Part shown: positions 18,511-29,252 of the stretch, piece after piece | Numbering within the stretch: the stretch's first letter is position 1 | Layout of the letters: the number at the start of each line of letters is the position of its first letter | Virus record (IMG/VR): IMGVR_UViG_3300042895_001344 | Coordinates: 1-64,000 of that record | DNA: 64,000 bases | Strand: one strand, 5' to 3' | Position numbers and translations under genes: made by a program | The notes under the pieces: generated by a model | Databases searched by the model: none | What the model saw: the letters and a program-made list of their open reading frames with translations, nothing else | What the model was told of the DNA's origin: nothing

Positions 18511-19784
18511 TTACATAAATTTTCAAAAAAAAGATAATCATCATCAACTATCGTTAAAAGATCTAAAACTTTTTGTTTATTACTTTCAAATCGTTCCTTG
18601 TTGTTTTTATAAAAATTTATTAGTTCTTCTTTTATATTTGATAACCTTACAATTTCATCTACAAACATACCCAAACGTTTTCTTTGGTCTGGTTCCTCAT
18701 CATAACTATGATTCAAAATATCATCGTAGAAATCTAATTTATATTTTTCCTTTACCATCTTAATGTGGTTATGTGTTGATAAAATAACAGGCATTTGGTA
18801 ATAGTAAAATGGTTTAAATGATTTTTCAGATATGTGTATATTATTGTTTGAATCTAAAAACATTGATTCCGTTATAATATTAACATATGTGTTCTCATAA
18901 TTTTTAGGATATTCAGGTGTATGCATCCATATCGGAAAATCTTTATTATTAACCTCACTAAATTCGTGAAACCAATCTTTTTCAACCTCGTAATCACTTT
19001 TCTTAAAGTGTAATTCATTGAAGTATTTCATCTCCTCTTCCAACATAACTCTATCCTCTTTTGAAAATAATGGGTAGTAATAACTTTCTATTGGTCTACA
19101 GTCATATCCGGGTACTAATGACCAATTAATATCATCCAATAAATTATATTTTTTTAAGAAACACAATAAACCATATCTGTGAATTTTAGGGGATTTGTTA
19201 AATAATTGAAAGAACTTACCCTCTTTTATCGGTTCAAAATCACAACCGCCCACTTTTTTCAAGACCTTTGTGGATGAATGTGGAACAAATCTTATTGTGT
19301 GTACATTTATTTGTGATTGATGTTTTTCTTTGTATTCGGGTAATTTATAATTGTTATTTACGATGTAAATTTGTTTCTCGTTTATACCTATTCCTCGAAC
19401 AAAATCTAAAATTTTCTTAAAACTTTCTTCACAATCAGGTTCGTGTTCGGTTAGGAACATAACAAAGAAATTTGTACATTTTTTTAAACAATCAACGACA
19501 CCGTCATTAAAAGGTGTTATACCATTCTCAAAAAAATCACTAATAAATTCTCCCCCATGATTTATAATATAATAGTAATTTTGTGTTGGGTTATTACTCA
19601 CTTCAGACATTGTACAGGTTCTTTGTATAAATTTATCACCATATGATGTATCATCTATAAAATGTTTGATTAAATTCCTTGAATCACAAACTCCTCTTTT
19701 TGGATAACGAAATATTATATTGGGAATTGGTTCTTCGGTGTATTCATCAAAATTATCATAAACCAAATTTAAAACTTTCTGCAT
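18507..19784 (-). CDS. Putative glycosyltransferase (GT10-like ES..SEK..KP family)
   Basis: FNKSPKIHR and YVNIITES...ISEKSFKPF...HSYD; paralogous to three other genes in the window. Confidence 0.45.
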   Translation of the reverse strand: MQKVLNLVYDNFDEYTEEPIPNIIFRYPKRGVCDSRNLIKHFIDDTSYGDKFIQRTCTMSEVSNNPTQNYYYIINHGGEFISDFFENGITPFNDGVVDCLKKCTNFFVMFLTEHEPDCEESFKKILDFVRGIGINEKQIYIVNNNYKLPEYKEKHQSQINVHTIRFVPHSSTKVLKKVGGCDFEPIKEGKFFQLFNKSPKIHRYGLLCFLKKYNLLDDINWSLVPGYDCRPIESYYYPLFSKEDRVMLEEEMKYFNELHFKKSDYEVEKDWFHEFSEVNNKDFPIWMHTPEYPKNYENTYVNIITESMFLDSNNNIHISEKSFKPFYYYQMPVILSTHNHIKMVKEKYKLDFYDDILNHSYDEEPDQRKRLGMFVDEIVRLSNIKEELINFYKNNKERFESNKQKVLDLLTIVDDDYLFFENLCK

Positions 19785-22321
19785 TATATTAAATTTTCAA
19801 AAAACGAATAATCTTTTTGGATGTACTCCAATAAATTTATAATTATTTTTTTATTATTTTCGAATCTATCTTGATTATTTCTATAGAATTCAGTAAATAA
19901 ATCTTTATTGTCATTTATTCTTTTTATTTCATCAATAATCATTATGAGTCTTTTTTTGTGGTCAGATTCACCATCGTAACTATGATCTATAATATCATCA
20001 AAAAAATCTAATCCATATTCTTCTTTCATTTGTTTTACATGTCCTTTAGAGGCAACAAATATTGGAAACTGATAATAAAAAAATGGTTTAAAGGATTTTT
20101 CTGAGATATGAACGGTATTTGGTAATCTATTGAATACAGATTCTGTTGTAATATTAACGTATGAGTTTATATATGTATCCACAATTTCAATCTCAGTTAA
20201 TTTTTGTGATAAATTACGCTTTTCATTATCATCATCTTTATTATAAGTAAACATATTATTTTCATAATCACTTAATTTATAATTAACTTCTAAAAGATAT
20301 TTAAATAAATTTTCTAATTCTTTATCTTCATTTATAACGTCTTCCATAAAATCAGGATGAATTGTTTCGTTCTTATTTGGAATAAATGACCAATTAACAT
20401 GATCTATTAAATTATATTTCATTAATAAACACAATAACGCCGTTCTATGTGGTTTAATTGATTTATTAAATGTCATAAAAAATTTACCTTGTTTATTTGT
20501 CGTAAATTCACATCCACCTCCGTCTCTCATATCCCTAATTTTACAAAAAAGTAAAAAATTAATCTTATAAACATTAATATCACTATTATATTTCTTTTTA
20601 TATTCTTCTAATTTTGAATTGTTATTGATACAATATATTTGAGACAAATTTACATTTTTTTTAATGAAGTAATTGTTGATTAAAACAAATACATTTTCAT
20701 CAATAGGTTCATGTTCAGTGATTAATAATAACTTAAAATTTTTATATTGCTTTAATTTTTCAATTACCTCATTAGTTATTACAAAATCTTCATTTTCTTT
20801 AGTTATAAAAGTGGGGTTAATGTGATGATTAATTATGTAAAAAAAATTACCATATTCATTAATTTCATTTAATTTATATTTTTTTATTAAAAATTCTCCC
20901 TTTTTTACATTTACTAAAGTATGATTTAATAAACTATCTCCATCGTTAAAGGCCCATTTATTATCGTAGTATATTGAACCATTTGAAATTGGGTTATTGT
21001 TTTGCCAAACATCGTATACCAAATTAAATGATTTTATATTAAGGTCCTTCCAAACATTGTTGATCAAATTTGATATTTCTTTATTAATATTGTTTGATCC
21101 ATATTTTAATCCATAAAGTCTTATAAAATTTTGTTGGTTATGGTTACAAACTTCTTTCATTTCTTCTCTAATTGAAGATAATTCTTCTTTAGATTTTTGG
21201 CTATAATCAATTAATATTTTAATAATTTTATTAATTCTAATAGTTTCATCATTGTCGTTGTCATAATCTTCGTTAAACCATTTATCAAAGGTTTTATACC
21301 CAATTGATTTAAGAAATTTTAACGTTCCTTTATTTCCTAATATTATAAATGGATGACCAACCATAATTGGTTTCCAAGTTTTTTCTGATATGAATAAAGT
21401 GTCTTCATATGTTAACGTTTCAGATATTACAGAAATAAATGTTTTATCATAATCTTCCGTTGTTATATTACATGCCAAATTATAATGTAAATTTGGTGCC
21501 GATTCAATGTGAATTGGTGAATTATCTTTTAAAAAATTAAAATGATTAATATCATTCTCAGATATTAAATAAATTTCAGGATCGTACATATTAACATCCC
21601 CTAAACTCACAAATCCTCTATTAAAAATATTATTTTTTAGTAATTCAATTAAAAATCTAACTCTGTGTGGTCTTGGGTTTCTATTATACATTAAAAATAA
21701 ATTTCTATCATCAATAGTTTTATACTCAACAATTTTCTCATATGAAAATTTATTCCACGCCTCAAAATCTAAAATAGGTTCAACATTTATATGTAATTCT
21801 TTATTTCTTACAATTTCTTTACTCAACAAATTACCACACGCATAATAGACCGAAAATGAAGGTAAATTAGATTCCTTTCTCCATTTTTCTATTATTTCAA
21901 AATCATCGTTTCCTTTAGAACCTGAATATCCTTCATATGTTAAAAATAATAATATTTTACATTTACCATTTCTAACGTCCTCCAAATATTTCTCAGATAC
22001 ACATTTAAACCCAATATCATAATTATCCCTAAAAAAAGACATATTATAAATATTTATTATGTATATGTGTTTATTGTTACCTATTTTATCTATTGTCAGA
22101 TATGTAATATTATGGTTATATATTGAGGGGCACACTTTACCTTTGAAGAAATCCGAACTAAACATTTCACCATTTTCAGAAAAAATATCCCAATCTCCCC
22201 ACATAAGGGGTCTTGATATTCTTTTTAATTCTTTGATGTACCAACTTTTAGAAGATCCATTAGGTCTATAAAAATCTAATATACTATCCCATTCTTCTAA
22301 ACTACATATAATTTTGTCCAT
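19784..22321 (-). CDS. Tandem two-domain member of the same GT10-like family
   Basis: Two copies: ISVISET..ISEKTWKPI and YVNITTES..ISEKSFKPF. Likely ATG at 22321; the track start at 22363 is TTG. Confidence 0.5.
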   Translation of the reverse strand: MDKIICSLEEWDSILDFYRPNGSSKSWYIKELKRISRPLMWGDWDIFSENGEMFSSDFFKGKVCPSIYNHNITYLTIDKIGNNKHIYIINIYNMSFFRDNYDIGFKCVSEKYLEDVRNGKCKILLFLTYEGYSGSKGNDDFEIIEKWRKESNLPSFSVYYACGNLLSKEIVRNKELHINVEPILDFEAWNKFSYEKIVEYKTIDDRNLFLMYNRNPRPHRVRFLIELLKNNIFNRGFVSLGDVNMYDPEIYLISENDINHFNFLKDNSPIHIESAPNLHYNLACNITTEDYDKTFISVISETLTYEDTLFISEKTWKPIMVGHPFIILGNKGTLKFLKSIGYKTFDKWFNEDYDNDNDETIRINKIIKILIDYSQKSKEELSSIREEMKEVCNHNQQNFIRLYGLKYGSNNINKEISNLINNVWKDLNIKSFNLVYDVWQNNNPISNGSIYYDNKWAFNDGDSLLNHTLVNVKKGEFLIKKYKLNEINEYGNFFYIINHHINPTFITKENEDFVITNEVIEKLKQYKNFKLLLITEHEPIDENVFVLINNYFIKKNVNLSQIYCINNNSKLEEYKKKYNSDINVYKINFLLFCKIRDMRDGGGCEFTTNKQGKFFMTFNKSIKPHRTALLCLLMKYNLIDHVNWSFIPNKNETIHPDFMEDVINEDKELENLFKYLLEVNYKLSDYENNMFTYNKDDDNEKRNLSQKLTEIEIVDTYINSYVNITTESVFNRLPNTVHISEKSFKPFFYYQFPIFVASKGHVKQMKEEYGLDFFDDIIDHSYDGESDHKKRLIMIIDEIKRINDNKDLFTEFYRNNQDRFENNKKIIINLLEYIQKDYSFFENLI

Positions 22322-22364
22322 AATATTATATAATAATATAAATAAAAAAAATCGTAATAACAAT

Positions 22365-22392
22365 TTGTAATTAGAGATTTTTTTAGTATATT
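22365..22392 (+). promoter_or_regulatory. Sigma70-like promoter TTGTAA-N16-TATATT for the + strand sugar cassette
   Basis: Lies 6 nt upstream of the ATG at 22399, in the divergent intergenic gap. Confidence 0.55.
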
Positions 22393-22398
22393 TTATAT

Positions 22399-23370
22399 AT
22401 GAAAATATTAATTACGGGAGGTGCTGGTTATCTTGGTTCCGTTATAACGGGTAAGATGTTATCTGAAGGTCACGAGGTGGTAGTTCTTGATAAGTTAATC
22501 TTTAATCAAGTATCTTTATTATCTTATACTTCAAACCCAAATTTTAAGTTTATACATGGTGATGTTCGTAATGAAGTATTATTAGAGAGATTATGTAATG
22601 AGGTTGATGTTATTATACCATTAGCTGCAATTGTGGGATTTCCCGCATGTGCATCTGAACCTGAATTGGCTAAAGAAATTAATTTTAGTCAAATTGTTAA
22701 TATCGTAAAATACTGTAACGGTAAAGGTAAAAAAATATTATATCCAAATACAAATAGTGGTTACGGTTTAGGAACAGGTCAACTTGAATGTGATGAGGAA
22801 TCACCATTAACACCAATATCTGTTTATGGTCAAACTAAATGTGAGGCTGAAAATTTCTTAAGGACCTCCACTGACGCCATTGTTTTTAGATTAGCCACCG
22901 TATTTGGTGTGTCTCCTCGTATGAGGACTGATTTATTAGTAAATGATTTTACATATAAAGCAATAACAGACAAATATATTGTTGTGTTTGAAAAATCATT
23001 CAAACGTAATTTTATTCATATTCAAGACGTTGCAAATGTATTCTTGTTTATGTTGACTAACTATGAACAATATAAGGGTGAAGTCTTTAATGTTGGTTTA
23101 AGTGATGCTAATTTAAGTAAACAAGAATTATTAGAAAAAATTCAATCTCACGTTAAAAACTTTGCGGTATCATATAATGACTATTACGAAGATCCCGACA
23201 AAAGGGATTACATAGTATCAAACACTAAAATAGAGTCGACTGGATGGTACCCAAAATGGACTATAGATATGGGTATTAAAGAATTAATAATGGCCTACCA
23301 AATGATAGTACCAAGAATGGGTGCTGAATTTAGAAATGGTTTTCCTTTAGGATACGCAAATCAAACATAA
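22399..23370 (+). CDS. NAD-dependent nucleotide-sugar epimerase/dehydratase (extended SDR)
   Basis: ITGGAGYLGS, catalytic YGQTK, RLATVFG. Confidence 0.9.
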   Translation: MKILITGGAGYLGSVITGKMLSEGHEVVVLDKLIFNQVSLLSYTSNPNFKFIHGDVRNEVLLERLCNEVDVIIPLAAIVGFPACASEPELAKEINFSQIVNIVKYCNGKGKKILYPNTNSGYGLGTGQLECDEESPLTPISVYGQTKCEAENFLRTSTDAIVFRLATVFGVSPRMRTDLLVNDFTYKAITDKYIVVFEKSFKRNFIHIQDVANVFLFMLTNYEQYKGEVFNVGLSDANLSKQELLEKIQSHVKNFAVSYNDYYEDPDKRDYIVSNTKIESTGWYPKWTIDMGIKELIMAYQMIVPRMGAEFRNGFPLGYANQT

Positions 23371-23371
23371 T

Positions 23372-23917
23372 ATGAGTAATAAATGGGATGAGTTCATAGA
23401 AACTCCGTCAAAAAAATTCGGGTATCAAGTACCCATATTTACACCTTCAATTTATAGAGAATATAGAGGTGAGATATTCACGACATTTCATAGTGAGGAA
23501 CATCCTGTAATGAAACACATTCATTATGAGAAATCTGAAATTAGTATTCACGGTAGATTCTCAAAATCATATAAAGGTGTATTAAGAGGATTACATTATG
23601 ATAATAAAACTTGGAAATTGGTACAAGCTGCAGTCGGTGATATATATTTAATAGTGTTAGATATGAGACCAACGTCGGACACCTTCGGTGAATGGGAATC
23701 TTTTATGATAACTGAAAAAGATAGGAACCAGGTATTGGTACCACCAGGATTTGCGAATGGACATTACGCACTAACCGATTGTATGTTTCATTATAACTTA
23801 TTTTACAAAGATGGTTATGTTGATGCTAACGAACAAGGTGTTGTTAAATGGAATGATCCTGAATATCAAATGGAATGGCCAACAGATAAACCAACATTAC
23901 AAAAAAGAGACAGATGA
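23372..23917 (+). CDS. rmlC: dTDP-4-dehydrorhamnose 3,5-epimerase-like cupin
   Basis: VLRGLHY, LDMRPTS, VPPGFANGH, WNDP. Confidence 0.8.
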   Translation: MSNKWDEFIETPSKKFGYQVPIFTPSIYREYRGEIFTTFHSEEHPVMKHIHYEKSEISIHGRFSKSYKGVLRGLHYDNKTWKLVQAAVGDIYLIVLDMRPTSDTFGEWESFMITEKDRNQVLVPPGFANGHYALTDCMFHYNLFYKDGYVDANEQGVVKWNDPEYQMEWPTDKPTLQKRDR

Positions 23918-24549
23918 TTAAAAATTTAGTAGATGAATTACCAATGGTCAATAATCCGTTATGGGATAAAGCTGGTTTAATTCAATTTGAAAGAAAAATG
24001 GCGGATCATTGGGAATCCGGTAAGGTAAAAGGTCCAATACACTTAAGTGGTGGTAATGAAGATGAATTAATTGAAATATTTAAATACATTAAGAAAACAG
24101 ATTGGGTATTCTCAACTTGGAGATCTCATTATCATGCACTACTTAAAGGTATTCCATCTGAATGGTTAGAAGAAGAGATACTTGCTGGTCGTTCTATTAC
24201 TATAGTTAGTAAAGAACATAAGTTTTATTCATCAGCAATAGTTGGTGCGATTATTCCAATTGCAACAGGTGTTGCACTCGCAAATAAGAGAGATGGTAAG
24301 GATGATAAAGTTTGGTGTTTTATTGGTGATATGGCATTTGAAACTGGTGGTTTTTATGAAATGCACAAATACGCTCAACGTTATGATTTACCAATACGTT
24401 TTGTTGTTGAGGATAACGGTGTATCTACAAATACACCTACGGAAGAAACTTGGAATGGAATAAAAAGAGAAGTACCTAATGATGTTATTTGGTATAATTA
24501 TAAAAAAGAGTGGCCGCACTACGGAACAGGAAAATGGGTGATTTTTTAA
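23914..24549 (+). CDS. TPP-dependent enzyme, E1-alpha-like subunit
   Basis: HLSGGNE, WRSHYH, TPP motif GDMA...EDNGVS. Confidence 0.85.
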   Translation: MIKNLVDELPMVNNPLWDKAGLIQFERKMADHWESGKVKGPIHLSGGNEDELIEIFKYIKKTDWVFSTWRSHYHALLKGIPSEWLEEEILAGRSITIVSKEHKFYSSAIVGAIIPIATGVALANKRDGKDDKVWCFIGDMAFETGGFYEMHKYAQRYDLPIRFVVEDNGVSTNTPTEETWNGIKREVPNDVIWYNYKKEWPHYGTGKWVIF

Positions 24550-25796
24550 ATGTAGTTTACGATAATTGGGATGAGAATGTTAATCCCAAACCAAATTTAG
24601 AAAATATGTTTGGTCAAAATAAATTCAAAGTTGTAAATGGACTTTTTCGTTATTATGAAATGATGTTTAAAGTAAGATTATGGAACATATTAGATGTTTA
24701 TAATAATCCAAATGAAAATTTTTATTATTTTATTAATCCAATAGGTAATAGTTTATACCTATTTCATGAATATGGTGATATACCATTACCAGATGACGTT
24801 AAAGAATGTTTTTTAAAATGTAAAAATTTTAACATAGTTTTCTTAAACGAACATGAATATGAAGAATTTGAATATTTGGAATTTATACATAATAAATCAT
24901 TAAAACACGGATTTGACCACTCTAGAATTTTTGTTTTAAATAATAATTCAAAATTAAAATTATATAAAGAACAAATAGGTACATCAATTAATGTTTATAC
25001 TTTAGAATTCTTACTTAATTTTATTTCAGGTCATATGTTAGAATATATTAGTGAACATAAACCTATAAAAGAAGGTAAATTTTTTCTTTGCCACAATAGA
25101 TCGCCTAAACCACATAGATATTCTCTTTTGGTTTTACTAAGAAATAATAATTTATTGGATCAAGTAGATTGGTCATTAATAATGGGGTGGAATAGAAAAC
25201 AAAATTTAGTAGGTGGTGATGTTTCCAAAAATTTCTTTTCTCGATTTTTTAATTTTATCGAATATGAAAATCTTAAAGACGATATAGATTTTTTTGAAAA
25301 TATAGGTATTAAAAAAAGTATATATGAGAATGAAACAAATTGGTTTAGTGAAGGTGACTTATCCCCTAATTTTAATTGGAAAGATATTTATGAATTACGA
25401 TCTTTTCATGAGAGTTATGTAAATGTTGTAACAGAGTCTAATTTTTTTAGTGATAGTGTTCATATAACTGAAAAATCAATAAAACCATTTTATTTTTATC
25501 AGCTACCCATTTTTCTATCGGGGGTTGATCATGTGAAATTTTTAAAAAATAAATATGATTTTGACTTTTTTGATGAAATTATAGATCATAGTTATGATAA
25601 TATTAAAGATAACAAAAAAAGATTATTTGCTGTTTTTAATGAAATAAAAAGGCTTTTTAGTAATAAAGAAGAAATTATTAATTTTTATATAAATAATAAA
25701 GATAGATTTGAAGAAAATAAAAATAAAGTGATTAAAATTAAAAAGGTCAATTCTGATGTAGATTATTTTAACTCATTAATAAATAAAACATTTTAA
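24534..25796 (+). CDS. GT10-like family putative glycosyltransferase
   Basis: HNRSPKPHR and YVNVVTES..ITEKSIKPF..DHSYD. Likely start MGDFLNVVYDNW at 24534. Confidence 0.45.
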   Translation: MGDFLNVVYDNWDENVNPKPNLENMFGQNKFKVVNGLFRYYEMMFKVRLWNILDVYNNPNENFYYFINPIGNSLYLFHEYGDIPLPDDVKECFLKCKNFNIVFLNEHEYEEFEYLEFIHNKSLKHGFDHSRIFVLNNNSKLKLYKEQIGTSINVYTLEFLLNFISGHMLEYISEHKPIKEGKFFLCHNRSPKPHRYSLLVLLRNNNLLDQVDWSLIMGWNRKQNLVGGDVSKNFFSRFFNFIEYENLKDDIDFFENIGIKKSIYENETNWFSEGDLSPNFNWKDIYELRSFHESYVNVVTESNFFSDSVHITEKSIKPFYFYQLPIFLSGVDHVKFLKNKYDFDFFDEIIDHSYDNIKDNKKRLFAVFNEIKRLFSNKEEIINFYINNKDRFEENKNKVIKIKKVNSDVDYFNSLINKTF

Positions 25797-25797
25797 A

Positions 25798-27447
25798 ATG
25801 AAAAACGTGTTGATAACCGGTTGTTCTGGTTTATTAGGAACATATTTAATAAAAAAATTCTTAACAATTCAAAATTCGTATAAAGTAATTGGAGTTGATA
25901 TTGTTGACACTAAATTAAATTTTAAACAGCCTAATTTTGTTTTTGAGAAATTAGATTTAACTGATGAAAAAAATATAAAATATCTTTTTGATAAGTATAA
26001 ACCTGATTTAGTAATCAATTCTTTTGGAATTAAAGGATCTCCATTGAAGGCTAAAAATCAACCTGTTGACTTTTTATACCCATCATTAAAAATTAATACT
26101 GAAATAATTAATCAATCATATAAAAATAATAGTTGGTTAATATTTGTTAGTTCGGTTGGGGTTTACTCTCCTGCTGAGAAATTTGTCGAAGATGATGTAT
26201 GGAAAACTTTACCTTCTGAGAACGATTGGTACCCTTCTTGGTCAAAAAGGGTTGGTGAACTTTTATTAGAGTCATATAAAGTGCAATATGGTTATGATAA
26301 ATGGTCCATCATAAGACCCGCAAACATATTTGGTGATTATGATGATTTTAGTGGTAATGGTACCGTAATATCAACTACAATTAAGAAAATATGGGAATCT
26401 GAAGGGACAATGGAATGTTGGGGAGATGGTAGTCCAACTAGAGACTTTGTATTTGGTGATGACGTTGCGGACGCAATATATAAAATGTATGAAAATAAAA
26501 TTAATGATATTGTAAATTTTGGTTCAGGAGAAGAAATTACTATTAAATCGATGATAGAAGATTTAATATCCATTAGTAAAAAGAATATTTCGATTACTTG
26601 GGATTCTTCAAAACCTAATGGTGATTTAAGAAGACAAATGGATACCACAAAACAAGAAAAATACGATTTATTACCAACAACTTCATTTAAAAGAGCGTTA
26701 GAAAGGACATATTATTACTACATTTCCCAATTTAAAACCGAAGAATTATCTTTTTTAAAAAGAGATTTGTTTGATAATGGATTTTATGTTGGTAAATTAG
26801 ACGAAATTTTTACTGATATAAATACATTAAATGGTAAAATAGAAGAATTAAAATCATTATCAAAAACTAAAGAATACTATAGTGCTAGATTTGATTACAA
26901 TTTAAGTGATAACGAACCTAGATATAAAATTAGTTTAAATGAAGAAGAATATGAAGAAAGGAAAAAATTTGTAAAAGAAAATAATAAAAAAGTGGTTCAA
27001 AAATGGTGGGAAAGCACAAGTCCTGTTTTTAACGAATTAAAAAATTATTTTAATGATGAAGTAGTAAAATGTTTAAAGAAAATTTATCCTGAATCAATTG
27101 GTAATGAATTACATAATTCTAATTTTACATTATATGAAAATGGAGATTTTATCACCCCACATAGAGATGGATTTAATATATCAAGATATTGTGTTATATT
27201 AATTTACTTATCAGATGAAAAAGACTACAATAATGGTGGTGGTGAATTAGTTATAATTGAAAATGGAGTAGAAGTTGTGGTCCCTCCTATAAAAGGTAAC
27301 TTCGCAATATTAGACTTTACAAGAAATAACGCAAATCACGCAGTTAATCCAGTTAAAAATGATTTCGTAAGATATACGTATATTAATTTTTATCAAAATG
27401 AAAAAATACATTTAGAAGAAATGGAAAAAAATACAAAATATAAATAA
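25798..27447 (+). CDS. GDP-fucose-synthase-like SDR fused to a C-terminal 2OG-Fe(II) oxygenase
   Basis: ITGCSGLLG, YPSWSK, WGDGSPTRDF; C-terminal PHRDG, GGGEL, NHAVNPV..RY. Confidence 0.75.
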   Translation: MKNVLITGCSGLLGTYLIKKFLTIQNSYKVIGVDIVDTKLNFKQPNFVFEKLDLTDEKNIKYLFDKYKPDLVINSFGIKGSPLKAKNQPVDFLYPSLKINTEIINQSYKNNSWLIFVSSVGVYSPAEKFVEDDVWKTLPSENDWYPSWSKRVGELLLESYKVQYGYDKWSIIRPANIFGDYDDFSGNGTVISTTIKKIWESEGTMECWGDGSPTRDFVFGDDVADAIYKMYENKINDIVNFGSGEEITIKSMIEDLISISKKNISITWDSSKPNGDLRRQMDTTKQEKYDLLPTTSFKRALERTYYYYISQFKTEELSFLKRDLFDNGFYVGKLDEIFTDINTLNGKIEELKSLSKTKEYYSARFDYNLSDNEPRYKISLNEEEYEERKKFVKENNKKVVQKWWESTSPVFNELKNYFNDEVVKCLKKIYPESIGNELHNSNFTLYENGDFITPHRDGFNISRYCVILIYLSDEKDYNNGGGELVIIENGVEVVVPPIKGNFAILDFTRNNANHAVNPVKNDFVRYTYINFYQNEKIHLEEMEKNTKYK

Positions 27448-27448
27448 A

Positions 27449-28423
27449 ATGATAAATAAAAATTCAAGAATATTAATTACCGGTGGTTCGGGATTAGTAG
27501 GTCAAAACTTAACCGAAAGATTACTTAAAGAAGGTTACACTAATTTAAGAATAAATTTACACAAAAGAGGTGTTAGAAAAATTCATGATGGTGTTCATTA
27601 CACATATCACGATTTACAAACTTACGAAGGTTGTTTAACTGCAACTAAAGATGTGGATGTAGTATTTCACGCCGCAGCGTCAACATCTAATGCGGTAGAT
27701 ACTGTTGTTGATCCGTTAGCTCACGTTACACCTAACGTCGCAATGAATAACTTCTTAATTGACTCCAGTTGGAGAAATAAGGTTCAACATTACATCTTCT
27801 TATCATCTAACACAGTTTATCCACCAAAAGGAGATGAACCCGTTGTTGAGACTGATTTCTTATTTAATGAACCATATCCTGTTTACTTCCCTGTGGGTTG
27901 GATGAAAAGATATGCTGAGATTCAATGTGAATTGTATGGTAAGTATTTACCTGTTAAAATGAAATGTACCGTTGTTAGACCAGCCAATTTATTTGGTCCT
28001 CACGATAAGTATGATTTCAATAAATGTCACGTAACTCCAGCAACTATTCGTAAAGTGGCCGATAAAATGGATCCAATTCCAGTATGGGGTGATGGTAGTG
28101 AATTGAGAGATTTATTATACATTGAAGATTTTGTTGAGGCATTACAAGTTATTATGGAAAATGAGACTGAAATGTTTGAAGTTTATAATGTTGGGTCTAA
28201 TAAAGTTTATTCCGTATTAGAAGTATTAGAAATGATGAAAGTAATTGCTAACCATGACGCTCCAACTGAATTTATTAGTGGAAAACCTTCCATGATACCA
28301 ACTCGTAAAATTGATTCAAATAAAATTAAAGAAAAATTAGGGTGGGAATCTAAAACATCATTAACAACAGGTTTATCCTTAGCTTACAATTGGTATACTG
28401 AAAATAAAAACGAATTTAATTAA
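27449..28423 (+). CDS. GDP-L-fucose synthase-like epimerase/reductase
   Basis: ITGGSGLVG, RPANLFGPHD, WGDGSELRDLLY. Confidence 0.8.
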   Translation: MINKNSRILITGGSGLVGQNLTERLLKEGYTNLRINLHKRGVRKIHDGVHYTYHDLQTYEGCLTATKDVDVVFHAAASTSNAVDTVVDPLAHVTPNVAMNNFLIDSSWRNKVQHYIFLSSNTVYPPKGDEPVVETDFLFNEPYPVYFPVGWMKRYAEIQCELYGKYLPVKMKCTVVRPANLFGPHDKYDFNKCHVTPATIRKVADKMDPIPVWGDGSELRDLLYIEDFVEALQVIMENETEMFEVYNVGSNKVYSVLEVLEMMKVIANHDAPTEFISGKPSMIPTRKIDSNKIKEKLGWESKTSLTTGLSLAYNWYTENKNEFN

Positions 28424-28424
28424 T

Positions 28425-29252
28425 ATGAAAGGATTATTATTTGGTGGTTGTTCATTTACATGGGGTCAAGGTCTATATTTCTATTCGGACTTACCTAAAC
28501 AAAAATACCCATTAAATGAATTCACATATCGACGTGAAGAATTAACCGACGCACATCTAAGATTTAAAGATACATTAAGATTTCCTCGTTTAGTTGCAAA
28601 TCACTTTAATACTTTTGAATTAGTTAAAGGTCAGAATGGTGGGAGTGAAGATGAAACATTTGATTTTTTACGTACAGTTTTTAAACATAAAATTAATGAA
28701 AAGCACGACCATTATGTAAGTGATAACATAGAATATGGGGATATTGAATATATAATTATTCAAACATCTCAAATTTGGCGTAATAAATTCTATTTTACAT
28801 TAAATGGTAAAGAAGATTATGCTATGATTTCATTGAATAATAATCATCACGGTTATAATTGGGATAACCTTTATAAATGGTTGATTGAAAATAATGAAAC
28901 AATTGAAAATGTTGTAAAATCTCATTTAAAAATACAATTAGATAGATTTGAAAATGAAGTGAAGTTTTATGAGGATAAGGGTATAAAAGTAAGATTTCTA
29001 TGTTGGGAACCTGATTTCTATTATGAATTGGATAAATACCCATATCTTAGAGAGAGATTCGTACCAATTTTTTACAATGATGTAAGATATAATACAATAC
29101 GTAAAATGCACGATGAGAATCCACATTTAAAGATCAAGGGTGATGTTGTATTTTTCGGTGATAATATTCCCGATGATCATCATCCATCAAAAGAATGTCA
29201 TAAGGTGATTGCTGAAAGTATAATTAGAAGACTTGAATCTGAAATAAAATAA
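28425..29252 (+). CDS. SGNH-like protein
   Basis: FGGCSFTWGQG, NGGS, DDHHPS. Confidence 0.6.
   Translation: MKGLLFGGCSFTWGQGLYFYSDLPKQKYPLNEFTYRREELTDAHLRFKDTLRFPRLVANHFNTFELVKGQNGGSEDETFDFLRTVFKHKINEKHDHYVSDNIEYGDIEYIIIQTSQIWRNKFYFTLNGKEDYAMISLNNNHHGYNWDNLYKWLIENNETIENVVKSHLKIQLDRFENEVKFYEDKGIKVRFLCWEPDFYYELDKYPYLRERFVPIFYNDVRYNTIRKMHDENPHLKIKGDVVFFGDNIPDDHHPSKECHKVIAESIIRRLESEIK

Noticed and set aside
2144-22271. Short opposite-strand or nested ORFs of 60-100 aa in the track
   Set aside because: They lie within well-supported genes and have no motifs; expected in AT-rich DNA.
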